Assembly: GCA_964188305.1 (NCBI GenBank)
Contig: OZ076888.1
Strand: one strand, 5' to 3'
Source: Podarcis bocagei
Lineage: Eukaryota
DNA: 64,000 nt
Shown: positions 1 through 12,054 of the stretch, piece by piece
Numbering within the stretch: the first letter of the stretch is position 1
Layout of the letters: the number at the start of each line of letters is the position of its first letter
Made by a program: the position numbers and the translations under genes
Notes under the pieces: generated by a model
Databases searched by the model: none
What the model was told of the DNA's origin: nothing
Seen by the model: the letters and a program-made list of their open reading frames with translations, nothing else

Positions 1-517
1 ATTCCGAAGCCTCCAGTTACTGCCTAATGCCCTTCGTGGTGCTCTGGCTGGTGCTTGAACTATTTCCTGCTCCTGTTTGGAAGGCAGGGGAATTATTGTG
101 ATTCGGGCACCTTGCGCTTACTAGGCTTTGCACTTCAACCTAAAAGATTAGCAACCAGAGCCAGCCCACCAAGGAGGCGGGATGAAGGACACGTCTCAGG
201 CAGCGAAGCGGAAGAGTCGGCACCATTCCCACCTCACCACTTCTTCCCTGTCCCTCAGCCATTAGGCCCAGTTCCAAATACCAGCACACAGAAAACTAAC
301 AGGCTGTGGAGAAGACTAAGCTAGAAGCCCTGTCCTTAACATGCTATTTTTCCATCTTGATTTAAAAAATAAAATAAAATAGAGGGACAATTCAGTCATA
401 TGAGCCCCTTCCTACAGTATCCTGGAGGTTTAGCACTTCTGTGAGAATGTGATTTTGCTTTCCTGCCACAGGAAGCCTATTCTCATTTTAGTTGGCCTAA
501 TGTATCTATTTCCAGTC

Positions 518-851
518 TAGTGGCGTAGTGTTAGGGGTGCCAGTGAAGCCCCGGGTGCACAGTCTGGGTCTGTGTGAGCTAGGTGCTCCCTCCCCCCCAG
601 AGATCCCCATCGCGTGCCCAGCTTGCAAGCGCCTGCCCATCGGCAGCGAGGGCTGGGGAGGGGAGGGTGAAGAGCCCCCTCCATGCCCACCCAGTGGCAA
701 AGGAAGCTCTTCATCCTCCAAGCCCCACCCCCACCCAGTGTGCAAGTGCCTGCCTGGTAGTTATGTGGGCTGAGGAGTGTGGAGGGGGAAGAGCACCCCC
801 TGTGGGCCGCCAGCAGCGAGGGCTGGGCATGCGCACCCATCCTGGCCACTG
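518..851. mobile_element. Old GC-rich non-autonomous DNA element (hAT-like MITE)
   Basis: GC-rich block bounded by tagtggcg...ggccactg (degenerate CAGTGGC/GCCACTG termini); no clean TSD. Confidence 0.3.
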
Positions 852-1331
852 GCAAACAAGGCCCCTGTTCCAGTCTTATAATTATCTTCTTCAGGTGACT
901 AGATGGTGACTAGAACCATATTCAGTAGGGCAGACCCAGCAGTGCCAGAGGTCCATATCACAGCACAGTTACGTATGGGAGTTTGCTGTTGATCCCTTTG
1001 CGGTTGAGCTATACAGAAAACTGTACTGAGACATTTCCTTTTAAGGAGCAGCATTGCTGTTTTTTTGGTTTCTCCCTCGTTTCCCATGCCAAGTTTGCCT
1101 GAAGCCACTACTTTCATTCACACAAAACAAAAGACCATCTGAATGACATATTCATTAGTATGTGAATCATTTCACTTTCCCCACAAAGTAAACAAAGTCA
1201 TGTGCAGACTTTTCTCCTATATGATGAAGGAAATATCTGATTCCCACAAACATTGTGGGAATAGCAGGCCTCCACAAACTGTGATCTGCAAAGACAAGTA
1301 TAGTCCACCTGGTATGTCCAGCAGCCCCTGC

Positions 1332-1335
1332 TGTG

Positions 1336-1370
<35 letters not shown>

Positions 1371-1373
1371 GTG
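1332..1373. repeat. (TG)n microsatellite
   Basis: Directly visible, one interruption. Confidence 0.95.
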
Positions 1374-3437
1374 TCACACACAGTTACCACAGTTCACATA
1401 TGTAGTCAATAGACACTATATTTTAGATCCATACTTAAAGTATCTTAGCTGTAAACCAAAATATATGTAAAGTGGCCTACAGATTCAACACAAAAAGTCC
1501 CAAAGCAGTTGGTATATTTGCCTGCACATGAAACTGACAAGATAGTCAATAAACTGTCTTGAGGTTGATGAGTTTCAACACCATGGAGAACATCTGCTCT
1601 AGACAGGGCAAGATTTTAAATTTGTCTCTCAATCTGACACTGCGTATGCTCACATTAAGGGATTCTACACTTGGTTGTAATCTGCAAATGCCTAGTGTTG
1701 TATCAGGAGCCATTTGTAGCAACAACCTCAACCTCTGCAATGGCAATGGGGAGCTGCCATGCTGGCTGGCAGAGTGGGGTGGGCTTTAACTCCAGAGATA
1801 GCTGGCAGGGGGGGGGGGTAATAAAATTGCTGGAGATCTACATTCAAGCATTGGGTGAGAGGAGTGCAGAGGCTCCAGATTCAGTGAGAGAAGAAAAAGA
1901 AATAAAACCAAGGTAAAAAATAGAGAATCCTCTTGTAAAAGAAATCACAATAATAATAAAAAAGTGGTGCAGCAAAGTGCCCAAGTGTGAACTACACACA
2001 GCCAAGGACTCCATAGGTGGCCTTAATTGTGTGTGCAGGTCCTTCTCTCCAGTCACTTTTCTCCATTCCTGACTCAGGTCAGATGCAGGATGGTTGAGGG
2101 TTCAGGACCCTGTTTTTGAAGCAAGACACACATCCCATCCTGCTTTATTTGTAAATGGGGCAGATGCATGAATGATGACTCCATTCCATCTGGCATGTCC
2201 CTCTGCGGTATGTTGGTCTGCCCCTCTCAAACCCCCATCAGTAACATGGGGAAAACAATACTGGGCAGAGCCTGTGCACTAGCAAGATGCTGTACATACA
2301 GTGTGTTAAGTATAATTGCTTAATTGTACATTGACATGGAAAACAACTCTGCATGCATACTGCTAAATGCAGAGCATGGAAACTTCTACTGTAGTTAAAC
2401 AAAGGTGTTGCAGAAAGCCTAACAGATTGATAATTATCTTAGAATATATCTCTGCTACTCTGTCATGAAGTGTTTAACTTTAGATCACATGAGAAAGGTA
2501 TTCAGTTGCAAATATCCATTTTGTGGGACTTGGCATTTGTAAGAATTTAAATATAACAGGACTAAAGCTACTTGGTATTGCTAATCTGTACATGTTTACT
2601 CAGAAGTAACTTCCACTATACTCAATCAGACTTATTCTTAAGTAAGTGTCTAAAGCAGTGTTGCCTCCTGCCCCCCCCCCCCGGATATTCCAAGGGGGCC
2701 ACAGGTGAAAATCATGTAAATAGGTGGACACAGCACGAGTCTTGGGGGGCACAGAGGGAACTGAGAAGTGAAGGGAGGGAAATCCACCCCAGCATCTAAC
2801 CGAGTGGGGTCATCTGGTGCTGCTGACCTGCATCTAAATAACTGTCTACTTAGAAGAAAACAGCATATTTTCTCAAGAGGTAAACCTCACAAATCAAGGA
2901 GGTTGTTTGCTTTCACAAAAGGGACATAAGACTAAAATGTCCACGCCACCAATGTGTCCTGCATACACAGAAAGGCACAAAGAACAAAATATGCTGTTCT
3001 TCCATGCATTTCAGGGAAGTGTATATTCCACACACCCTCCCAAGAACTCTGTGGAACAAGTTAATCGGAGGTGTTTGTGACTGGCACAAGGCCATCCCGT
3101 GAATGTTGTGTCCAAACTGACATTTGAACCCAGATCCCTGGAGTTGATACCAAACACTCTAGGGGTCAGCAGCTGAATGTCTCTGGGCCAAGTCCCTCTC
3201 CCTCAGGGATGCCAACTGCCCAGCAGTTGCTGGTAAAGAGGAAAAAGTGACATCCATAGTCACAGAAAGTCCTGGGTGGGCCAAATGTGTTCATGTGTTA
3301 GCCTGGTCACTCCCCAAAGTGGGGCTTCAGGAAAACTAGATGTTGAGAAGGGATGTATCTTCTATACACCATGCTAGACCTCAGTGTAATGGCTGAATCC
3401 ATGTCCTGGGATTCTTCTGCTCTGTCTTGGTCTTATG

Positions 3438-3748
3438 CAGGGGTCAGCAAAGTTTTTGTGGCTTGGGCCGGTTCACGGCCCCGCAGATGCCGCGAGTGCG
3501 CGTGTGTGCTTGTGCAAATGCTATTTCCGGTGCAGAGGAGGTGTGCACAGCTTCTCATTGGATGCAGGAGCTTCCTGCATCCAATGGGAAGCCGGCCAGC
3601 GTCGTGGAAGGGGGTCCCCACTCTGCTCCGCGCCGGTTTAGTGCGGTGCATGGGACCCGACTGACCGTGTGGCAGAGGGGTCCACAGGCCGGTTAAATGA
3701 CCCCCATGGGCCGCTTGTGGCCCATGGGCCTTAGGTTGCCAACCCCTG
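3438..3748. mobile_element. hAT-type MITE
   Basis: TIRs caggggtcagcaa / ttgccaacccctg; degenerate 8-bp flanks gtcttatg / ctcttgag; internal 20-bp hairpin at 3550-3592. Confidence 0.7.
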
Positions 3749-4994
3749 CTCTTGAGCTCTTGAGCAAGACCCCATATCATTGTCAGGGGAGGGGGAGACA
3801 GACAAGGGTGAAGAATAGAGCTGTCTTCCAGACCAGTGCCGACTTTTTTCCAGTTGAAAGGAAAACATCAAGATGTTCGTTTCAATATAACATTAACTCC
3901 CTCCCACCCACCCCCCTTTGAGAGGGGTATTCCAGGCTCATTGGCAAGTGACTAGAAGGAAGAATTTATAGTGTTGGCCTAGGAGATTTGTTGCTTGTTG
4001 TTTTTGTTTATCCACCTGTTTTCTGACTCCTTGAATAACTTTTCTCTCTGTCTCTCTCTCCCCGAAAAAGACAGGCGTGCAGTTACTGAAACAAGTCGGC
4101 ACTGTCGAGCATCTGAGACCCCCTCTTTGTTTGACTGCTTGTGCGTTAGGTGGGTTTAGTGGCCAGATGCACTGAAGTTTGCAACAGACAGTCCTTAGAC
4201 CATCTGCGCATTGTTTGGGTGGGTGGGGGGAGTGGACGAGTGGGGGGCGTGAAAGAAAGGCTGTTTGTGCAAGTCGTGGGAAATCTAGTGGCTGGCCTTG
4301 CCAGCATGCTCTATGAATTGAACTAATTGAAGATTAGGCTCGAGAGCTGGCCATAGCTGAGGGAGAGGATAATCCTTCATCAGTCCCAGTCGAAGGCCAG
4401 TAATTGGAGCTTATTGCAGGGCGGAGTTCCCCTCCAGTGCTGAAGAAACTGAGAAGCTTTTGCTGTTTAACTATGAATTCTCAACAGAAATTGAGGTTAT
4501 GGGCTCTGTGCATGTGGAAGAATTTAAAGCAAGGGCGGAGGGGGGGGACCTGCAAGAGGGGAGAAGTGGGTGGGAAGCGTAATGCAATTTTGATAGTCTA
4601 GGCTCAACTTTCAGAAAACAAAAGAAATGAAGGCTTCTTTTGTTGCCCAAACCAACATTTTAGCATACATAATGAGCCCTTGGGTTGTATGTAATTAACC
4701 CTTAAACCTGTCTCCAGGAATTTGTGTGTTTTAAAAAAGCTGCCTTATCTTAAAATAGGAGGCATTACCCCACAATCAACACAGGTAGGGAGACTTTAAA
4801 GGGATGCTAATCTGCTGTTGCTACATTTTCTCTGCCTTTAATTTATACTGCATGTGATGTTCTTATTACTGGTATTCACACAAGTGGTTGTTTCAGTTCA
4901 GGACAGAACAAGATCCTTTGCTGGGACTCCATTTATATTGAGCCAGTACTTCTATCACAGAATCAAGCTGTGGCATCAATTTAGTTGCTATTAC

Positions 4995-5142
4995 CAGTGC
5001 TTTTTTTCTGGGGGGACGCAGGGGGGATGCATACCCCTATACATTTTATGAATCCAAGTTTGGCCTCATTGAGGGACATTATTTCAATATGAGTAGGAAA
5101 ATGAGGGTACGCCTAAACTTTTTTAAAAGAAAAAACACACTG
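4995..5142. mobile_element. hAT-type MITE, 148 bp
   Basis: TIRs cagtgctttttttct / agaaaaaacacactg; perfect 8-bp TSD gctattac at 4987-4994 and 5143-5150. Confidence 0.9.
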
Positions 5143-5179
5143 GCTATTACAGATGTGCTTTTAAAAAAAAGCTTTATAA

Positions 5180-5310
5180 GGGGGACGGTGACTCTGTAAC
5201 TCTCCAGATGTTGTTCAGTATCAATTCCCAACAGCACAGCCATCATAACCAATGGTCAGGGATGACAGGAGGTGAAGTTCAGCAACAAGTGGAAGCTTAC
5301 AGGTTCTCTA
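5180..5310. mobile_element. Degenerate palindromic MITE (ctccagatgttg...tcagcaacaagtggaag family)
   Basis: Imperfect foldback, similar to the element at 16885-17030. Confidence 0.4.
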
Positions 5311-7129
5311 TTATTTTATAAGTAAACCTTCTAAAAATAATAATGTATGGGGAACTTAAGATTTGAGGTTACACTTTTCCCAGTATTTAGAATTCAAACA
5401 TTTTTTAAACAAAAATATTCCAGCAACTGTTTGATGGCCAAAACAAAAACATAAGAAGATAATATGAGCTTATGATATCTCAGAAGATGCTTTCAAACAT
5501 CAGTGGAGCAATGCAATGGATGTGCAAAGTCATGATTGGAAAACACTACTGTGACTTTCAGAGGATTTTTCATTATGCTGAAATGCTTATATGTAATGGT
5601 TTTATTTTGATTTCATTTTACTGGCATTGCAGGGTTTGTTGTATTTGTATTCTGTTTTTACATGTTATGCTGGAAACCACACAGTGATGACCATGTAATG
5701 AAGGGAAGTCAACAGATCTGTTTAATAAATAAAATAAAAACTACCCAATAGAACAACAGAATAGCACATTTTTTTAAGGCCCTCTGAAAGAACCATTCTA
5801 GGTGGAGGCCGGGGGAGGGGGGGCAGCGGGATTGTGGAAGAGGCAGCGTCTCAATACTGCTGTTAATGCATCTTCCCCCACGTCAACCTAGCAGCGCAAG
5901 TTGCGAAGGGCCAGATAACTTGCTCAGTTTCAAGAGCTGAGAAAAGCAAGGTTTCCTTCTCCTCCTGGGATTGTTGATTAAGGTTAGAGCACTGTCAGTC
6001 TCCCAGCTGGAGAGACCTTCCTAATTTAGCAAAGGGAGCACACTTTGAGACACTGTCACCACTGCCAGGCAAGGAATGTCCAAAGTGAGGAATTAACTCT
6101 TTTTTTGGTCAAAAGTACACTTACAGGTTAGGAAAAGGCATGTCCGTCCGTGAGTCCTAAGCCTCTCAGCTACTCCTAGGTTTGCACCCAATGAGGCAGC
6201 TGCAGCAACAGAGAGGCCTGCCCCAGCCACAACTTATGTCCCTTCCCCACCTGAGCTGCGTGCAAAGACTCCATCTGTGTGTCCCCTCTTTCTGTTCCTC
6301 CCACCCCAATCCTCTCCTGGAGGAGTAAGTGATGCTCCTTTCAAAGATGAATCCTATGTTTATTATGTGTTATCTTCCACTTCACATTAGAAATGAAGGC
6401 CTGTTGAAGAAAGGCAAGGTAAGACTATTAAATGAATAAACCAACTAGCCAGTAACTATTTTCAACTGCATCAGGCTTGCCTGCCCCCCCCCCATGAGTG
6501 AAAGGTTTATTTCCTTAGTCAGCAACTAGAGTTCCTTGAGATGGGACTGAGTGTAAAGAGCCAGTGACAAGCATTTAGAAAACAGAGAGAAGACTTTTCT
6601 GCTTCGACTGGACCACTTCACCACAGCAAGAGATTCAGAGTTTCGTCTTCAGTCCACCAAAGGGCATATATTGATTCTATATGTTGCATTGACAGCCAAC
6701 GGCTTTTTGTGGAATTATAAATAGGAATAGGCAAATATTGTTTTGACTAATTTCAAATCCACTTCAAATTTAATAGGTTTGAGATCTGAACAGGTTTTGA
6801 GGTTTGTTCTGTGTTGGGAACTGGGACTTTGCCAAAGTGTATCTGTACATTTAACTTGAACTTTCCAAGCCAAGTACATATTGGTTTCTCATTATAGGTC
6901 ATTTACATTTCTTTATGTTTCCCGTTGCCTTGTGTTCCAGCTGCTTCATTGGCAGCAAATTTTGGAATAAATATGTCATTAATTTCCTGTAGGACTATGT
7001 TATGTAGCTCTTTCTATGTGATCATATGGGGGGAAATGGTAGCGAATAGCATAGTGAGTGGTTGGGAACTCTTTGATAGTTGAAATTAAGCATGTGAAGA
7101 GCCTAGTTGGGAAGACCCACATAATTTGT

Positions 7130-7395
7130 TTGTTTAAATCTGTATACCACTCTTCATTCAGAGATCACAACATAAAAATACAAAATTAGAACACAATATA
7201 AGAAAACAAAACTAAGCCAATAACCCCCTTCCCACAAACACATTTAAAAGATTGTTTAATCAGCCAAAGGCCTGGCTATAGAGAAACATTTTCACCTGAT
7301 GCCTAAAAATATGTAAAGAAGCTGCCAGGAAGGCCTCCCTGGGGAGAGCACCCCCCAAAAGGGAAGCCACAGTGGAAGAGGCTCATTCTTGTGTC
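7130..7395 (-). mobile_element. Old L2 LINE 3' fragment
   Basis: Reverse complement resembles the L2 3' fragment at 55560-55800 (ggcctccctggggagagca..., aggcctgg). Confidence 0.55.
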
Positions 7396-8344
7396 CAGGG
7401 GTGCCATGGGGGGCGGGCAGAGAGGCCAGTTAATGAGGAAGCAAGACTGTGGAATTGGCACAGACAGTAACACATTGATCCACCATCTGTCTTTCATATG
7501 AACTATTCCAGAGATGATTCTGAGGCCCTCATAAATGTTCCCTCACCAATGTAGGTCTGGTTGGTGGGGAGGAGGGAATACTTTTTTTGGCTGTGATTTT
7601 TGCTTTTAAAATGAGGGTTTCCCACACCACAAATCAACTGAACACCTCATTGCAGAAGAATACATAGAATATGAAGTGGCATAGATTAAGAAGGAAAGTT
7701 TTACATTTCTACATCCCTCAGGATCCTGTCATGCTAAAGCAGGGCTAAGTAAAGCAGGGCTAAGATTACACAAAATTATTATGGAATGTTTCTCTGCTAA
7801 CTTTTCTCCAACATTTCTGACTCTTGATTTTTTTATTAGCATCAGAAATATTTTCTGTATTAGGACCAGCTAACGTTTCAATGCAGTATGTGAACTTTTG
7901 AGTTACACAGAACTCTTCCTCGGGCTTTAAAAAGGGGGGTGGGAGATAGAGGGTGTTTATGCTGCATGGCCTTAAGCTCATCTGCAGTTTTTTCCTCTCT
8001 TCATGCAAATGGAGGAAGCTGCACCTGAACTGTAAAGGCTGCACCTTGAGTAAAGGCTTTTGGGCTAGGCAGAGGCATGCTGGGACAGAGGCACAGGTGA
8101 GACTATCACTTTGGAAAAAGAAAAGGAGAACAAGCTGTCTAACTGATACTTCCATAGGTGTTCATAAATCCTTACCCACCAAGTTAAGCATAGTTCACTG
8201 GGCATGTGTTTTGGCCTGGTATTATATTGGCAACACCCCTCTTTTCACACTGCTGGGTAGGCAGGTGGCCAAATGTATCAAGTACATACCCTCCAACATT
8301 TATCTGATGAAAATAGGGGGGTCCCATTCCATAATGATAATTTT

Positions 8345-8717
8345 ACTATTTATATCACACACATCTTACTGGGTTGCCCCAGCCACTCTGGGTAGCTTCC
8401 AACATACAAAAAAAAAACATAATAAAACATTAGACATCTTAAAAAACCTTCCCTATACAGTGGTACCTCGAGTTACAAACGCCTCAGGTTACAAATGCTT
8501 CACGTTACAAACTCCGCTAACCTGGAAGAGTTACCTTGAGTTGAGAACTTTGCCCCAGGATGAGAACGGAAATTGTGTGCCAGTAGCGCAGCGGCAGAAA
8601 GAGGCCCCATTAGCGAAAGGATGCCTCTAGTTAAGAACAGTTTCAGGTTAAGAACGGACTTCTGGAACTAATTAAGTTCATAACTAGAGGTACGACTGTA
8701 CAGGATTGCCTTCAGAC
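8345..8717 (-). mobile_element. L2 3'-tail fragment split by a Tigger-type MITE
   Basis: ctgggttgccccagccactctgggtagcttcc...ccctata|MITE|caggattgccttcaga matches the reverse complement of the L2 tail at 41070-41190 and the copy at 52890-53000. Confidence 0.75.
8458..8698. mobile_element. Tigger/pogo-type (Tc1-mariner) MITE
   Basis: TA|cagtggtacctcgagtta ... taactagaggtacgactg|TA; same subfamily as 35113-35338. Confidence 0.9.
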
Positions 8718-8724
8718 ACCTGGC

Positions 8725-8788
8725 GGGTTGGGATGCTGGACACGATGGGCCGTTGGACTGATCCAGCAAGCTATTCTTACCTTCTTAG
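8725..8788 (+). mobile_element. CR1-type 3' tail fragment (CR1 or CR1-tailed squamate SINE)
   Basis: gctggacacgatgggccgttggactgatccagcaagctattcttaccttctta; similar tail at 10810-10880. Confidence 0.45.
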
Positions 8789-10051
8789 TTTCTTACTCCC
8801 CTCAGAGCTACAATTCCCAGCAGCCCTTGAAAAACGACAGTGCCCAATAAGCCATGCGTTCCCCAGCAACTGGTGTCTCTGATCTTGCAGACTGCGTGTT
8901 GCCACCATGACAGGCAGCTGCTGACAGCACTCACAGGTGTAAACATGCAGACAGTCTCCTCTGCAGGCTCCTCACACATTAAGAGCAACATCACTATGAA
9001 AACATTAAATACTTAAAAATATCACTTCCTTACATGTAATAAATTAGCATATCAGAGATTTTTTTATGTGTGAGGCATTCAAAGATATATACCCACAGTC
9101 CCAAATTATACCACCTCATTCTGCAAGACCTGTACAATGGATTGACCTACTTATTATTTTAAAATGCTTTTATTTGCCCTTAAAAATAAAAAAAGAATCT
9201 AGTAAAAGTGCATTTAAATAGAACTATTAAAGTTTTCAAGGTTCTTCACATTCATTATTATCATCATTACTTTTCTGTAATCCTTACAAGGTAGTTTTGT
9301 TGGCTCTGTATTATTAAATGAGTGGTTGAGGTTGAGAGACAATGGCTTCACTAAATCTAGAGAGTTTTCGGGTGAAGTAAGATATGATTGTTATGCTCCT
9401 CTCCTGATATTTTACAGCAAAACAGTTTGCCAGCCCTGATAAACAAAAATGCTCAGAACGTGCAGTTTCACGGGATCACTAAAATGTGACAAATAAAATT
9501 GTGTCTGCTACATACAATGGTTAATTTATTCACTTCCTTGTTAAAAAAGGAAAGGAAAGGAAAGCAGCTTTGGGAGAAGCAGTAAGAAGCAGAGAGGAAG
9601 TGGTATTTAACTCTTGGAATGGGAAAGTCTGCAGTTCCTCCACGGTTTCCCCACCTCACCCATTTTCAAACGTGAGGAAAGCAGAGGGAGGGAGGTATTT
9701 TGGAGCAGAGAAGAGGCAGTGGGGAATGGTTTTGCTACAACTTTCCTCCTCGCTGTTTCACACGGTCCCCACAGTAAGCTTTTTTTGTGTGGGAAAAGAC
9801 AGAGAAAAAGTGCCACTGATTGCGAGTTTCACACATTACATGCATACATGTAAAGCCTGGTTTAGCTTAGAAGCAGGGTTTGAGTTTACAAAATCGTAAA
9901 CTGCATGGAAAGAAAGCATCAAACACCACTTGTCACCTTCTCACATAACAGCAGGGCCAAATTCACCCACTTGCCAAGTTGATTGGCAGTTAGAAGGAAG
10001 TGCTTCTCTACACAAACAGGAGATGATGACTGCCATCTTTGTGTCCTGCGA

Positions 10052-10465
10052 GTAGAGATGGGGAAGAAATTTGATTCTGCTTGTATTTTAATAAGAAACT
10101 ACCTCATTCACACTTCTTGAATCAAAACGTGAACTGAAACCCAGCTGTCCTTCAATATTTGCACTTCTCCAAACTTTGCAGTGCTATTCTCCAACCACTC
10201 TTTACAAAAATGTGTATGTTGGGGAAAAGGGTGAATATGAAGGCATATATTTATGAAAAAGCATACAAAAATGCTGTATATTGTGGGGTTATTTTGGCAG
10301 TAATGTGTACATTAGTCAAAACTGCATACAAAAATGTGTTCATTAGGAGAAATTAACACAAAAATGGTGATGAATTCTCTTGGGGATTTTTGCAGATTGT
10401 TGGGAAAATGTGGAGAAATAAACTCACATTTGCAAAAAAAAGAGAAAATACCAAGAGAACCTGAA
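10052..10465. mobile_element. Unclassified non-autonomous interspersed repeat with internal gcatacaaaaatg repeats
   Basis: Repeated tacaaaaatg(t/c) units; related sequence in opposite orientation at 63375-63545. Confidence 0.5.
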
Positions 10466-12054
10466 GCTGGCACATTTGTACAACGCTACATGGTCGGGGC
10501 CCCTGGGAAGCTGACCTGACTAGCTGTGGCTGGAAACAGAATCCTGGACCACAACAATATTCCCCCACCTGTTGCCCTCCAGATACTCTGGAGTACAGCT
10601 CTCATCAGCATCAATCAGCATGCCTGTGCTGGATGGCCTGACGGGAATTACAGACAGTGGCCATTTTATGTGTGTCTCGTTGACTTACGACCACACGCAT
10701 GCTCATTGCCACGGACCTGGAAGTGGCCAGAAAAGGGGGCATAACGAGGTAGGGTGGGGGTGGGAGGGGCTTATGCATGCAGGGGAGCATGGGGGGGGCA
10801 GGAATGCAACACCTGGCTAGGGATGACTAGACTAGATGGATCTTGGTAGAATCTACAAAGCTCTTCTTCTGTTCTTAAAGCATTCACAGTCCCTGCATTT
10901 TATTTTGCATTATTGCCAGGTCCCTAAATGCCAGTATAAACAGTTACCCTGTATAGAGAAATAAACCAGTATATTTCACTCTGGTTAAGCTGAAAAAGTT
11001 AGATAGCTAAACACTGTTTATTTAATCTCCACACTGTGCTGAGTTAGAAATATGGGGATAATTATTGCATTCAAAAGTTAGCGCTCTCTGCTTCAAAAGA
11101 AAAAAATGAAAGAACATATGGATTTCTTTAAAACATCTCTTTGAAATGGTTTAACTTCACTGGGCTAATTTACAAGCAGTTTTAACATATGAAGAGTTCA
11201 TTTCAGGACATAAGTTTTCCTGTGTGTGTGTGTGTTTTAAAATGTCTTCCTGTGTAAATCATTGGGGGGGGGGGAGAATTAGGCTCTAGACTCTGATGCT
11301 GTTGTATTTTGGCATTCTGCCTCTTGACTGTTTTATTGTCTACTTTGGCTGGACTCAAAGTTCCAGTTAGAGTTGCCTGCCAAAAAGAAAGGGGGAAAAT
11401 GTTAGGTCCTTTAAGGATACTGAAAAATAAAGCCAGTTTTTAAATCTGCCACGTCCTGTAGGCAAATAAAAACCAAATCTCTATGGAGCTCAGGCGTTCT
11501 TTCCTGTTCTCCTTTTTGGATTCCAAGTAGGAATGAAACCGTTTTCCTTTGCATCAAGGAAAAGGGTTCAAGGGCCTCACAGCTCTCTTACCAGGCATGC
11601 CGCCCCCTCCCTTCCCCTCGTTCAGTCAAGTCAAGGTCCAGATTTACAGCCTCCAGTGGGAAAATTATTCCTCAGTTCAGGTTTTTGCACATTTTAAACA
11701 AGACAAACAATGTAAAATCTATATATCACTCTTGCACATCTGAGCTGTTCAGTGTGGTTTTGCTCTCAGGCTGCTGCCATGTAGGACGTTAAACCTATAA
11801 ATGCTTCAGGGTTTTTAAGAATTATGAGTACAATCCTGCCAACAGTTAAGCACTTTGAAAGCCCACTGATTTCAGCTGAAATTTCTCCTCACTGAAATCA
11901 CTGGGGCTTAAAAACTGTCACCTTTGCTTCTTTGTTATGTTTGTTTGATTATGACCTTTCTTTTATTACACTTTTGTAAGGAAGGAGGTGAAATGAACAA
12001 AGTCCCAAAACATAGGGTCAGGGGTACTCAAGGGTACGCAGTACCAGCACCTCA

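Noticed and set aside
7735-7765. Short tandem duplications (taaagcagggctaag x2; also tattccctcta x2 near 28425)
   Set aside because: Ordinary slippage duplications with no further structure
7953-8630. 225-aa ORF
   Set aside because: Non-ATG start; runs across unique DNA, an L2 tail and a MITE; no domain, so a chance frame
10750-10800. G-run clusters (also 655-668, 30020-30036) as G-quadruplexes
   Set aside because: G/C homopolymer runs are common throughout the window and nothing indicates function
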